Assembly: GCA_035650735.1 (NCBI GenBank)
Contig: DASRGZ010000120.1
Span: 45,405 to 65,404, forward strand
From: Chthonomonadaceae bacterium
GTDB lineage: Bacteria > Armatimonadota > Chthonomonadetes > Chthonomonadales > Chthonomonadaceae
Direction of reading: 5' to 3'
Length of the DNA: 20,000 nucleotides
Under the pieces are notes generated by a model that saw only the letters and a program-made list of their open reading frames with translations, was not told the origin of the DNA and did not search any database. A program made the position numbers and the translations under genes. Of the stretch, positions 1 to 9,498 are shown in pieces; the stretch's first letter is position 1, and every line of letters begins with the position of its first letter.

Positions 1-26
1 CCCTCTCCCGCAGCGTGGGAGAGGGG
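1..26. repeat. CCCTCTCCC-N7-GGGAGAGGG palindromic repeat (truncated at window edge)
   Basis: ccctctccc-gcagcgt-gggagaggg has the same stem as the copies at 11431-11461 and 18261-18289. Its loop is the reverse complement of their acgctgc loop. It lies just downstream of the GH2 stop codon. Confidence 0.8.
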
Positions 27-68
27 AGAGGCGGTTTCATGCGAGGGGATGCGCCCTACGCAGGAAGG

Positions 69-2636
69 TCAGGAAGCGCGCGTGTCTATCTTCAGTGGCG
101 GCGCGTTCCAGGCCGTGATGCGGACGCGGCCCGGCTCTGAGAGGCGCACGCGCCAGGTGTTGCCCGGTGGAACATACATCGCGTAGCCCTCGCTCAGATA
201 CGGGCCGCCTGTGTCGTTGGCGCTGCGCAGGCGCACGCCGAGCAGCGCCCTATCGTTGTCTAGCGTGAAGCTCTTTCGGTCTTGCCCCACAGAACCGACC
301 GCTAGGCTGGCTCCGGGCAGGCGCAGGAGAGGCGCGAACGGCGCGTCCGTATGCGTCGAGAAGAGGTAGGTGTTGCGTGCCAGCGTCTCCTCCGGCTCCT
401 GAGCGCGCCGCCGCAGCCTCAGATCGAGCGCGAAGAGAGAAGGCGTCTCCGGCAGAGGAATGGCGATCTCTCCCATACGGATGGACCGCTCCCCGGATGT
501 CTCCCTCTCCAGCGCAATCCCCTCCCCCGCCAGCGCCTGGCCGTTCATCACATCCCGCCACGCCCAGGCCAGTTCATAATCGGGCGGAAGCGGACGCGAG
601 GCGTTCAGCCAGAGGACGGCGCGGAACGTCTCCCCCCGCTTCCAGGCCAGGCGGTCGTATTGGGCGCTGACCAGATAGGGCGCGTAGGCGTTGCGGATCG
701 TCCAGTAGGCCGGACGCGGCTGGCCGTAGTAGTCCAGCGCGTTGGTACAGGAAGCGTTCGGCCAGGCCTCATTGAACTGCCAGGGCAGCGTTCCCGACGT
801 GCGCCAGGCACGCCGACGGCTTGCCTCTATCGCGTAGCGCAGCCCCTCCGCCTGTATCCACTGGCTGGCATTGATAAACCCTTCCAGGTACTCCAGAGGA
901 CCGAAGAGCGCTTCCACCTGCGGGCGGTTGAGCCACCATGCCCCATGATGCACCCAATCGGGATTGGTGCGGTCGGGCGGCCAGAAGGCATCGGCTGGCA
1001 GGAAGCGGGGAAACGCCTCCAGGTTGGCCGCACCCTCTACGCCGAACTCGGAGTGGAGCAGCGGGTCAATGGCGTTAAAGAAGACGTAATGGCCCGGATC
1101 GCCCAAGTATTTCCAGTGACCGTGCACATCGTGCATCCGGCCGATATTATCCGGAGAGGCACTGAAGACCGGGCCGGAGGGCGAGGTGGGCAGGAAGAGC
1201 GCATCGGGATGAAGCTCCTCGACAACCGCACGCAGGGCGGCCAGGGTCGGGTGGTCGTTGCCGAGCGGCGTCCCGTCGGGCGTCATTAGTTCGTTGCCGC
1301 CGCACCAGAGGAAGAGCGAAGGATGGTTGCGCCGCTGGGGGATCATCTTCACGGCCTGGTCGAGGCAGTAGGCAATGTAGGCGTCATCCGTGGCCGGCTC
1401 GTTGTCTATGCCGGAGGAGGACTGGATAAACTCCTGCCAGACGAGGATGCCCGCCTCATCGCAGAGGTCATAAAAGAGCTCGCGCTCCAGGAGTCCGCCG
1501 CCCCAGACGCGCAGCACGTTGCAGTGGGCCTCCTGCGCCATGCGGATCCAGTGGCGATAGCGCGCGGCCTGGGGCCGCCCGTAGAGTTGATCGATGGGCG
1601 CCCAATTCCATCCCTTCATAAAGACGCGCTGGTCGTTCACTTCCAGGACGTAAGGCAGGGCATCCGCCGGCGCGTTATCATTGGGCACGAAACGCACCGC
1701 ACGAATGCCGAACCGCACCGTGCGCTCGTCCAACGTTTCTCCGCTTTCCGAGGTCAGCGCGATACGCGCCTTATAGAGCGGCTGATCGCCGTAGCCGTTG
1801 GGATACCACAGCGCGGGCCGTTCTATCGTCAGCGAGAGCGTTGGCAGCGTGCCGCCTGCGGCTAGGGCTTCCTCTGCCTCGGCCACAGGCGAGTCCTCGC
1901 CGGAGCGGCGCACGCTGGCGGACAGTCGGCCACGAAGGGGATCGCTCAGCGTTATTTGAACGGTCACGGCAGCCGAATCCCGCGCCGCGCTCAGAATTGG
2001 ACGAACCCAGACGGAGTCGATCCGCGCGCCGTCGTCGGCCTCCAGCGTGACATCCTGCCAGATGCCCAGAGGGATCAGGCGCGTGCACCAGTCCCACCCG
2101 TAGGCGAAGCGGGCCTTCCACAGCCGTATTTGATTGGTCCACCCTATCTGGCCCTGATTGTCCGGCTCAGGCGGCGCGTGATCAATGACGACCACAAGCT
2201 GATTGGGCGCATCCGTGCGTAAGAGTGCGGTAACATCGAAGGCGAAGGGATCATACATCCCGCTATGGTCGCCGAGGCGCTGGCCGTTGAGGAAGACGTG
2301 GCAGGAGTAGTCCACGCCGCCAAAGCAGAGACGCACTCGCTTCCGTCCCTGCATCTGTGGCGGCAAGACAAACTCCTTGCGATAGACCCAATCCCGCTGA
2401 GAAACCCACTCGCACGCCCGACTATTGCGCCCGAACTCCGGGGCAGGGATCTCTCCCGCATCCCGCAGGTCCGAAGGCACATCGCCGGGCACGATGGCCG
2501 GAATCCAGGGTGGCGCCGCAGGCTCGATGCGGTCGAGGTCTATTCCAGCCTGGCCAATGCGCCGCCAGACCCACTCCGTTGGCGGCAATCCCATTATCTG
2601 CCAATCCGCGCCGTTGAGGCTAAACGTCGTGCGCAT
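69..2636 (-). CDS. Glycoside hydrolase family 2, beta-mannosidase-like (~855 aa)
   Basis: GH2 sugar-binding domain (LCFGGVDY..VFLNG..G.H.GM), FAYGWDW, LWYPNGYGDQPLY, LRVWGGG, ILVWQEF, acid/base motif WCGGNE and nucleophile motif SEFG. Start moved from 2807 to the ATG at 2636 (MRTTFSLNG), which has a GGGAG Shine-Dalgarno. No evident signal peptide. Confidence 0.88.
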   Translation of the reverse strand: MRTTFSLNGADWQIMGLPPTEWVWRRIGQAGIDLDRIEPAAPPWIPAIVPGDVPSDLRDAGEIPAPEFGRNSRACEWVSQRDWVYRKEFVLPPQMQGRKRVRLCFGGVDYSCHVFLNGQRLGDHSGMYDPFAFDVTALLRTDAPNQLVVVIDHAPPEPDNQGQIGWTNQIRLWKARFAYGWDWCTRLIPLGIWQDVTLEADDGARIDSVWVRPILSAARDSAAVTVQITLSDPLRGRLSASVRRSGEDSPVAEAEEALAAGGTLPTLSLTIERPALWYPNGYGDQPLYKARIALTSESGETLDERTVRFGIRAVRFVPNDNAPADALPYVLEVNDQRVFMKGWNWAPIDQLYGRPQAARYRHWIRMAQEAHCNVLRVWGGGLLERELFYDLCDEAGILVWQEFIQSSSGIDNEPATDDAYIAYCLDQAVKMIPQRRNHPSLFLWCGGNELMTPDGTPLGNDHPTLAALRAVVEELHPDALFLPTSPSGPVFSASPDNIGRMHDVHGHWKYLGDPGHYVFFNAIDPLLHSEFGVEGAANLEAFPRFLPADAFWPPDRTNPDWVHHGAWWLNRPQVEALFGPLEYLEGFINASQWIQAEGLRYAIEASRRRAWRTSGTLPWQFNEAWPNASCTNALDYYGQPRPAYWTIRNAYAPYLVSAQYDRLAWKRGETFRAVLWLNASRPLPPDYELAWAWRDVMNGQALAGEGIALERETSGERSIRMGEIAIPLPETPSLFALDLRLRRRAQEPEETLARNTYLFSTHTDAPFAPLLRLPGASLAVGSVGQDRKSFTLDNDRALLGVRLRSANDTGGPYLSEGYAMYVPPGNTWRVRLSEPGRVRITAWNAPPLKIDTRAS

Positions 2637-2800
2637 GTGGTTTTGCTCCCTGCTGGCCTTCACTCCCGAACCGGATGGTGTTCCGGCGTCCAATTCCCTC
2701 CGCAGAGCGATTTTCCCTGCTGTAATGCGCCTCTTTTTGCGTCTCCCTGCGCGCGAGCCAATCCTTCCGGCAGACGGGGGCACGTAGACTCCTGGCGGGG

Positions 2801-2829
2801 TGGACACCCCGGCGCAGGTCTGCTAAGAT
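2801..2829 (+). promoter_or_regulatory. Putative sigma70 promoter for the deacetylase-like gene
   Basis: TGGACA (2801-2806), 17-nt spacer, TAAGAT (2824-2829) preceded by TG (extended -10), ~35 nt upstream of the ATG at 2864. Confidence 0.5.
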
Positions 2830-2863
2830 ACCATCCGCAGATGAGTGAACGATGGAGGAACCC

Positions 2864-4267
2864 ATGACCGTACCGCATTCGATACCTACCGCCCTTTGCT
2901 TTGATGTGGAAGACCTAATCGCCCCGGAAAGCGACGATGCCGTCTACTGGCTAGCAGAGATCCTAGCCGAGCACGGCTTGACCGGCTCCTTCATGGTTGT
3001 CGGGGAGAAGGCACGCCTCTGGGAGCGGCGCGGACGGCGCGATGTGATCGAGGCGCTTAAGCAGCATCACCTTTCGTTCCACTCCACCTGGCACTCGGTG
3101 CATCCGACCACCACCGAGATCTGCCTGGAGCGCAACTTCGCCGAGGGCACGGAGGCCCTCTGGGACTGGGATCGGCAGGGCTGGGCCGATGCGGAGCGCA
3201 TTCTGGGACGTCCTCTGCTGGGCTGGGCGCGCACCGGCAGCAGTTGGTCGCCCTCCGTGATGGGGCTGATGGGCCAGAAGGGACGCGGCTACGCCTATAG
3301 TCTGGTCCGCCTGCCCGGTCATAACGTCTGCTGGTACGCCGGCTGCCTGGGTTTCTACGGCGAGGGCGTCGGCGGCTTCGATGCCACCTTCTATGATGAC
3401 GCTCTGTTTGAGGAGAGGCTGGCCGCGGTGCAGCGGGACGTGGATCGCTACGCGCAGTCGGAACGGCGGGGGGCGCAATGGCTCTGCTTCTTTATGTGCC
3501 ATCCGACGCGCGTGATCAGCACCGAGTTCTGGGACGCCGTGAACTTCGCCAAGGGTGCCAACCCGCCGCGCGAGCAGTGGAAGCCCGCTCCGCAGCATGA
3601 CGCTTCCCTTATCCCAACGATGCAGAAGAACTACCGCCGGCTGTGCGAATATCTGCGCCGTGACGACCGCCTGGAGATCGTCGGCTGGGGTGAACTTATC
3701 CGCCGTTATGATGGACAGCGCCCCTTCGCCACGCAGGCGGACTTAGAGCAGATCGCCCGCCGAATCGCCGACGAGCGCCAGGTGCTCTTTACGGACTTCT
3801 TCACGGCGGGCGAGATCCTGCTGATGCTCTGCCGGGCCGTCGCCGCGCCGCAGGGCCTCTATCCGCGCCCCGCCGTCTACGGTCCCCTGACGACGCCTCC
3901 CGTCTCGCCGCAGAAGGAATGGGACGCGCAGGCGGTCAAAGCCGCTGCCGCGCAGGTCGAGGAGGCCGCGCGGAGCGGCTATTTGCCGGCTTCGGTTTCC
4001 GTCGGCAAGGAGGATATCGGCCTGGGGACCTATTTTGTCGCCCTGGCGGAGGCATTCCTGGGCCGGGATAAGGTCTCCGGCCCTGCGGAAGCCCCCTACC
4101 CGCCCGCCGCCGAAGCGGTGGCGCAAGATGCGGCGCGATCCATTCCGGGCTGGGTCATCCATCCAGCGAATATGGATCTAAGCAACCTCCTGGAACAGAC
4201 GCGGCTGCAATGCTGGGCGCTCAAGCCGGCCTGGCCCCGTGATGTCCTCTTCGGCCAGAGCGCGTAG
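2864..4267 (+). CDS. Polysaccharide deacetylase-like (CE4/NodB-fold) protein with C-terminal extension (~467 aa)
   Basis: N-terminal CFDVED (motif-1-like), GLTGSFMVVGE, FHSTWH (H-S-x-x-H metal motif) and a later FMCHP. GGAGGA Shine-Dalgarno precedes the ATG at 2864. Confidence 0.65.
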   Translation: MTVPHSIPTALCFDVEDLIAPESDDAVYWLAEILAEHGLTGSFMVVGEKARLWERRGRRDVIEALKQHHLSFHSTWHSVHPTTTEICLERNFAEGTEALWDWDRQGWADAERILGRPLLGWARTGSSWSPSVMGLMGQKGRGYAYSLVRLPGHNVCWYAGCLGFYGEGVGGFDATFYDDALFEERLAAVQRDVDRYAQSERRGAQWLCFFMCHPTRVISTEFWDAVNFAKGANPPREQWKPAPQHDASLIPTMQKNYRRLCEYLRRDDRLEIVGWGELIRRYDGQRPFATQADLEQIARRIADERQVLFTDFFTAGEILLMLCRAVAAPQGLYPRPAVYGPLTTPPVSPQKEWDAQAVKAAAAQVEEAARSGYLPASVSVGKEDIGLGTYFVALAEAFLGRDKVSGPAEAPYPPAAEAVAQDAARSIPGWVIHPANMDLSNLLEQTRLQCWALKPAWPRDVLFGQSA

Positions 4268-4283
4268 GAAGCGGGCAGAGAGA

Positions 4284-4781
4284 TTATCTCTCGGCGTTGG
4301 GGTGGAGAAATCGGCGCACGAGGAAGTAGAGGGGCAGAGCCAGAACGGCATTGTAGAGCGTGGTCAGCCCGACGTTGTGCGTCCAGCGCAGCACATGATG
4401 CTGGGGCGCGAAGAGGAAGAACAGGCCCTCCGCCAGGGCCGTGCCTAGAGCGGCCAGAAACAGGGCGATCAAGGGATTATCACGGAAGACGCGCTCCTCC
4501 AGCCAGCCGACGCCCAGGCAGACCAGCGTGCGGCTGACGATCAGGCTGCCAAAGCCTCCGTTAGGCGGGGCGGCGAGGGCCGCGTGCAGCAGCCCGGCGA
4601 AGAAGCCGAGGGCCGCGCTGCCGTTGATATCGCAAAACAGCGAGCCGAGGATGGCTGTCAGCAAGAGCAGGTCGGGCCGCGCTCCGTGTACCTGCAGGGA
4701 GTCCGCGTAAAGGCCCTGCAGAATGGCCGCGCACAGAAGCATCGCCGCCAGCCGGACGCCGCGCCGCAGGGAGGGACTCAT
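4284..4781 (-). CDS. mreD: Rod shape-determining protein MreD
   Basis: 165-aa hydrophobic protein with RPDLLLL and ALGFFAGLL motifs. ATGA overlap with the mreC stop. Confidence 0.88.
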   Translation of the reverse strand: MSPSLRRGVRLAAMLLCAAILQGLYADSLQVHGARPDLLLLTAILGSLFCDINGSAALGFFAGLLHAALAAPPNGGFGSLIVSRTLVCLGVGWLEERVFRDNPLIALFLAALGTALAEGLFFLFAPQHHVLRWTHNVGLTTLYNAVLALPLYFLVRRFLHPNAER

Positions 4782-5602
4782 CGCAGCACGTAGACCTGTT
4801 CCAGGCGGTCGAAGTCCACGAAGGGACGCAAGCGCGCGCTCTTGAGGAAATTGCCCTCTTCGGCCCGCACATCCACGACCGTTCCGATGGGCAGGCCCGG
4901 CGGGAACACGCCGCCCAACCCGGAGGTGACGATCCGGTCGCCGAGCTTGATGTCGGCGTCGTTGGGCAGATAGACCAGGGAAAGCGCCTTCGAGTTATCT
5001 CCCTTGCAGATGCCGGTGGCGCGCGATTTGGCCCGCTGTACCCGTGCGCCCACGCCGGAGTTCTGATCGGTCAACATTAGGACGGAGGCCGTGCCGGGCG
5101 TCACCTCAAACACGCGCCCTACCACTCCCTCGCGCGTCACCACGACACTGTTAGGGCGCACGCCGTCGGCGCCGCCGCGCGCGATCACCAGGGTATCAAA
5201 CTTGGGGTCGGGCCGGCGCGCGATCACATCTGCCGCCAGGAGGGACGTTTTCTGCGCGCGCACAAAGCCGAGATCGGCGCGCAGGCTCTCGTATTTGATA
5301 GCCGCCTCGCGCAGCGCCGCGTTCTCCTGTTCCAACTGGGCTATGCGCTCCCGCAGTTGTTGGTTCTCTTCTGAGATTGCGTGGCCATGCCAGATCCAGC
5401 TCGTCTGCGCGCTAAACCAGCGAGAGACCTTGCCGAGCGCATTGGAGGGAGGCGCGACGACGCCCCGCACCGCCCCAACGACGATGTCGGATTTTCCCCG
5501 ATCGGTCTGGTGGTTGTGCCAGGCGCCGGCCAGCGTCCCCAGCAGCAGACAGATGAGCGCTGCCCAGTAACGCCGGACGCGAGGCGTCTTTTCGGACCTC
5601 AT
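4778..5602 (-). CDS. mreC: Rod shape-determining protein MreC
   Basis: N-terminal TM segment, coiled coil (EENQQLRERIAQLEQENAALRE), GVVGRV and GDRIVTSGLGGVFPPGLPIGTV. Start set at ATG 5602 (MRSEK) because the longer ORF runs into the repeat element. Confidence 0.93.
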   Translation of the reverse strand: MRSEKTPRVRRYWAALICLLLGTLAGAWHNHQTDRGKSDIVVGAVRGVVAPPSNALGKVSRWFSAQTSWIWHGHAISEENQQLRERIAQLEQENAALREAAIKYESLRADLGFVRAQKTSLLAADVIARRPDPKFDTLVIARGGADGVRPNSVVVTREGVVGRVFEVTPGTASVLMLTDQNSGVGARVQRAKSRATGICKGDNSKALSLVYLPNDADIKLGDRIVTSGLGGVFPPGLPIGTVVDVRAEEGNFLKSARLRPFVDFDRLEQVYVLR

Positions 5603-5637
5603 GGCGACTTTCCGCTCCCTAAAGCAAGCGGCTCCGC

Positions 5638-5788
5638 GCCCGGCCCTAAAGGACCGGGCTGTGGGCGGCAAGCCCCATCAATGGGGCTAACCTCCCCTCT
5701 TGTAGCCCCCCGAAGGGGACCAACCCACCCCTGGTAGTCCGCTTGAGCGGGCTTGCCGTCTGCAGCTCACTCCTTTAGGGGTGGACTG
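5638..5788. repeat. ~150-bp multi-hairpin REP/REPIN-like element, copy 1
   Basis: 32-bp imperfect terminal inverted repeats (5644-5675 and 5749-5780, ccctaaagga...cggcaagccc). Terminal hairpins have CCTTTAGGG/CCCTAAAGG cores and there are three internal AGCCC..GGGCT-type palindromes. ~87% identical by hand alignment to 19870-20000. Confidence 0.85.
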
Positions 5789-5845
5789 CCAGCAGGTTCT
5801 CGATACGTTCTTAGGAAAGCAAGGGGAGAGGTTTCCCTACTCGCT

Positions 5846-7094
<1,249 letters not shown>

Positions 7095-7109
7095 CGGAGG
7101 GTTAAGAAG

Positions 7110-7754
7110 GTGGCTGTTGAGCAAGAGCCTACGCCCACACTTTCAGGGCGCCTCTACAAGCGGCATTCCATAGAGACCGAAGCCAGAGTAATTCCCGATC
7201 AGGAGTTCGAGCAACTGGTCCGGTTTCTAAAGGTCCTGGCGGACAAAAGCCGGCTGCGGATTCTGGGCCTGCTTGCCGAGCGCGAGTACACAGTCAAAGA
7301 GCTGGCCTCCGTTTTGGGCTTAAAGGAGCCGACGGTATCCGCGCACTTGAACATGCTGAAGTGGCATGATATGGTGAACATGCGGCAGGAGGGAACGGCG
7401 CACTACTACAGCCTGCGGCAGGATGATGTCCACAGGCTGCTCCAGGAGCTGCGGCCCAAAGCCTTCAAAGGCGATGAGGAAGACACGGGCGGCGACGAGT
7501 TCGAGCGCAAGGTGTTGCAGCATTTCTTCGTGGAAGGCCGCTTGAAGGAGATACCTACACGTCCCAACAAGCAGATGGTGGTGCTGCGCCGCCTGGCGGA
7601 AGAGTTCGCCTACGACCAGTCTTACCCGGAAAAGCAGGTCAACGAGATCCTCAAGCGCTTCCATCCCGACTGCGCCACCCTGCGTCGGCTGCTGGTGGAT
7701 AACCGCCTGATGACGCGCCAGAACAGCATCTACCAACGACTCAAAACCGATTAA
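7110..7754 (+). CDS. ArsR/SmtB-family HTH regulator fused to a C-terminal DUF2087-type domain
   Basis: N-terminal LKVLADKSRLRILGLL..VKELA..LGLKEPTVSAHL (ArsR wHTH). C-terminal FFVEGRLKEIP..K..VVL..LA..F....YPEKQVNEIL...HPDCATLRRLLVD..LM.R matches the DUF2087 pattern as I recall it. GTG start with GGAGG Shine-Dalgarno. Confidence 0.85.
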   Translation: MAVEQEPTPTLSGRLYKRHSIETEARVIPDQEFEQLVRFLKVLADKSRLRILGLLAEREYTVKELASVLGLKEPTVSAHLNMLKWHDMVNMRQEGTAHYYSLRQDDVHRLLQELRPKAFKGDEEDTGGDEFERKVLQHFFVEGRLKEIPTRPNKQMVVLRRLAEEFAYDQSYPEKQVNEILKRFHPDCATLRRLLVDNRLMTRQNSIYQRLKTD

Positions 7755-7774
7755 ACCACCCGCTACGCTAGAGC

Positions 7775-7955
7775 CACGGAGACACGGAGGAGTCACGGAG
7801 AAAAACAAAGAGAAAGAGAGAAAGACAAAAGCCATTGAGATAGGATGAACGGGATGAACTGGATTTTAACTACGCAGACAAGCCCTGCTTCTCTCTCCTT
7901 GTTTAATCTTGTAAATCCTGTTAATCCTGTCTAAATGGCTTTTTTATCTTTCTCT
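7775..7955. repeat. Intergenic repeat cluster: CACGGAG x3 plus ~50-bp imperfect inverted repeat built from 9-nt GGAT units
   Basis: CACGGAG at 7775, 7783 and 7794. Left arm 7817-7865 (agagaaagacaaaagccattgagataggatgaacgggatgaactggatt) is near reverse-complementary to right arm 7905-7955 (aatcttgtaaatcctgttaatcctgtctaaatggcttttttatctttctct). It lies between convergent genes. Confidence 0.75.
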
Positions 7956-7977
7956 GGTGCGAACGGGTTTGGCTTGA

Positions 7978-9498
7978 TTAGAGGCGGGACAACTCGGCAA
8001 AGCGGTCGGACAGTGCAGGGTAGAGCGTTCGGAAGAAGGCGGCGGCGCGGGCATAGACGGCAGCGGCTTCGCGGTCAGGCTGTTCTTGCTCCGCCAGAGG
8101 CGCAAAGAGCGGGGCGGCGGTCGCCAGATCGGGATAGAGACCGATGCCCACTCCGGCGATCATGGCCGCCCCGCAGGAAGTCGCTTCCGCCAGCCGCGCC
8201 AATAACTGAAGCGGACGGTTATAGACGGCGGCAAATATTTTCCGCCAGAGGGCATAGCGCATCCCGCCGCCCAGCACCCGGATACTCTCTGGAGCCAGCC
8301 CCAGCTCTTCCAGAACCGCGAGGTTGCTGGCGAGCGCATAGGCGACCCCTTCCATGATGGCGCGCGCCAGTTCCGTTCGCCCGTGCGCCTGCGTGAGCCC
8401 GAAGTAGACGCCTCTCGCGTTGGCATCCCAGATCGGCGACCGCTCGCCCTGCAAATACGGAAGGAAGAAGAGGCCGTTGCTGCCTGCGGGGGCGGAGGCC
8501 GCCAATCGCTCCAGCGCGGCGTGCTCCTCTTCACCGGCCGCGCGTTCCCCGACGCCGATGGCATTCCGAAACCAATCCAGGGCCACCGAAGCGGTCTGCA
8601 CCGTGCCGTAGACGACGTACTGGGCCGGGTCAAGCCCGCAAAAGACGGAGACGCGCCGCCCCGGATCGGGCCGATAGTTTGCCGTCACGGCGGCGACCCA
8701 GGAGGTGCCGCCAAGATAGTGATAGGCGTCGCCGGGCCGCACCGCGCCTGCACCTGCTGTCGCGCACGCGCCATCGCCGCCCCCCAGCACGACCGGCAGG
8801 CCCGCAGGCAGTCCTGTCGCCTCCGCCGCTGCCAGCGTTACCGTGCCGACGATGCTGGCCGAAGGGCGTACCGTCGGCAGCAATCGCGCCGGAAACCCTC
8901 CGGCGGCGATCAGTTCCTCCGCCCAGACGCCTCGCTCCAGGTCAAAGCAGCCCGTCAGGGAGGCATCCGAGCGGTCGGTGAGGCCCCATGCCCCGGTCAG
9001 GCGTCCGGCGATATATTCCTTGGTCTGTACGCACCAGCGCGCGCGCCGCACCGTCTCCGGCTCATGCTCGGCCAGCCAGGCCAGCTTGCCCAGCGTGAAA
9101 TAGGGCGCCAGACGATTGCCGGTCAACTGGTAGGCGCGTTCCCCTCCTACCTCCCGCGCGATCCGCGCACACTGCGCCGCGCTGCGGATGTCCGCATGGA
9201 TGAGGCCGGGCCGCAGGGCATTGCCCTCCGCATCCACCAGCAAACAGCCGTTCATCATCGCCGAAAACCCGACGGCGGCCAGATGGTTGACGGCCCCCGG
9301 CGCCTGCTCCAGCAGTTGGCGCGTGCTGGCGCAGACGGCCCGCCACCAGTCTTCCGGGTCGTGCTCGGCCCAGCCGGGGCGCGGATACTGCGTCGCGTAG
9401 GGTGCAAAGGCGGACGCCAGCAGGCGGCCCTCCGCGTCAAAGAGGGTTGCCTTGTCGCCGGTCGTTCCCAGATCATGAGCTAGCAGATAGGTCAGCAT
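7978..9498 (-). CDS. FGGY-family carbohydrate kinase, xylulokinase-like (~506 aa)
   Basis: AHDLGTTGDKA, PRPGWAEHDPEDWW, TDRSDASLTG, VVLGGGDG and FLPYLQGERSPIWDANARG. Start set at ATG 9498 (MLTYLLAHD); an ATG at 9534 is an alternative. Confidence 0.88.
   Translation of the reverse strand: MLTYLLAHDLGTTGDKATLFDAEGRLLASAFAPYATQYPRPGWAEHDPEDWWRAVCASTRQLLEQAPGAVNHLAAVGFSAMMNGCLLVDAEGNALRPGLIHADIRSAAQCARIAREVGGERAYQLTGNRLAPYFTLGKLAWLAEHEPETVRRARWCVQTKEYIAGRLTGAWGLTDRSDASLTGCFDLERGVWAEELIAAGGFPARLLPTVRPSASIVGTVTLAAAEATGLPAGLPVVLGGGDGACATAGAGAVRPGDAYHYLGGTSWVAAVTANYRPDPGRRVSVFCGLDPAQYVVYGTVQTASVALDWFRNAIGVGERAAGEEEHAALERLAASAPAGSNGLFFLPYLQGERSPIWDANARGVYFGLTQAHGRTELARAIMEGVAYALASNLAVLEELGLAPESIRVLGGGMRYALWRKIFAAVYNRPLQLLARLAEATSCGAAMIAGVGIGLYPDLATAAPLFAPLAEQEQPDREAAAVYARAAAFFRTLYPALSDRFAELSRL

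Noticed and set aside
2637..2807. N-terminal extension of the GH2 ORF
   Set aside because: It covers the divergent promoter region. A better start with a Shine-Dalgarno lies at 2636.
5670..5755. Tandem palindromes as a mini CRISPR array
   Set aside because: The units are not identical, the spacers are only ~10 nt and conserved between the two loci, and there are no cas genes.
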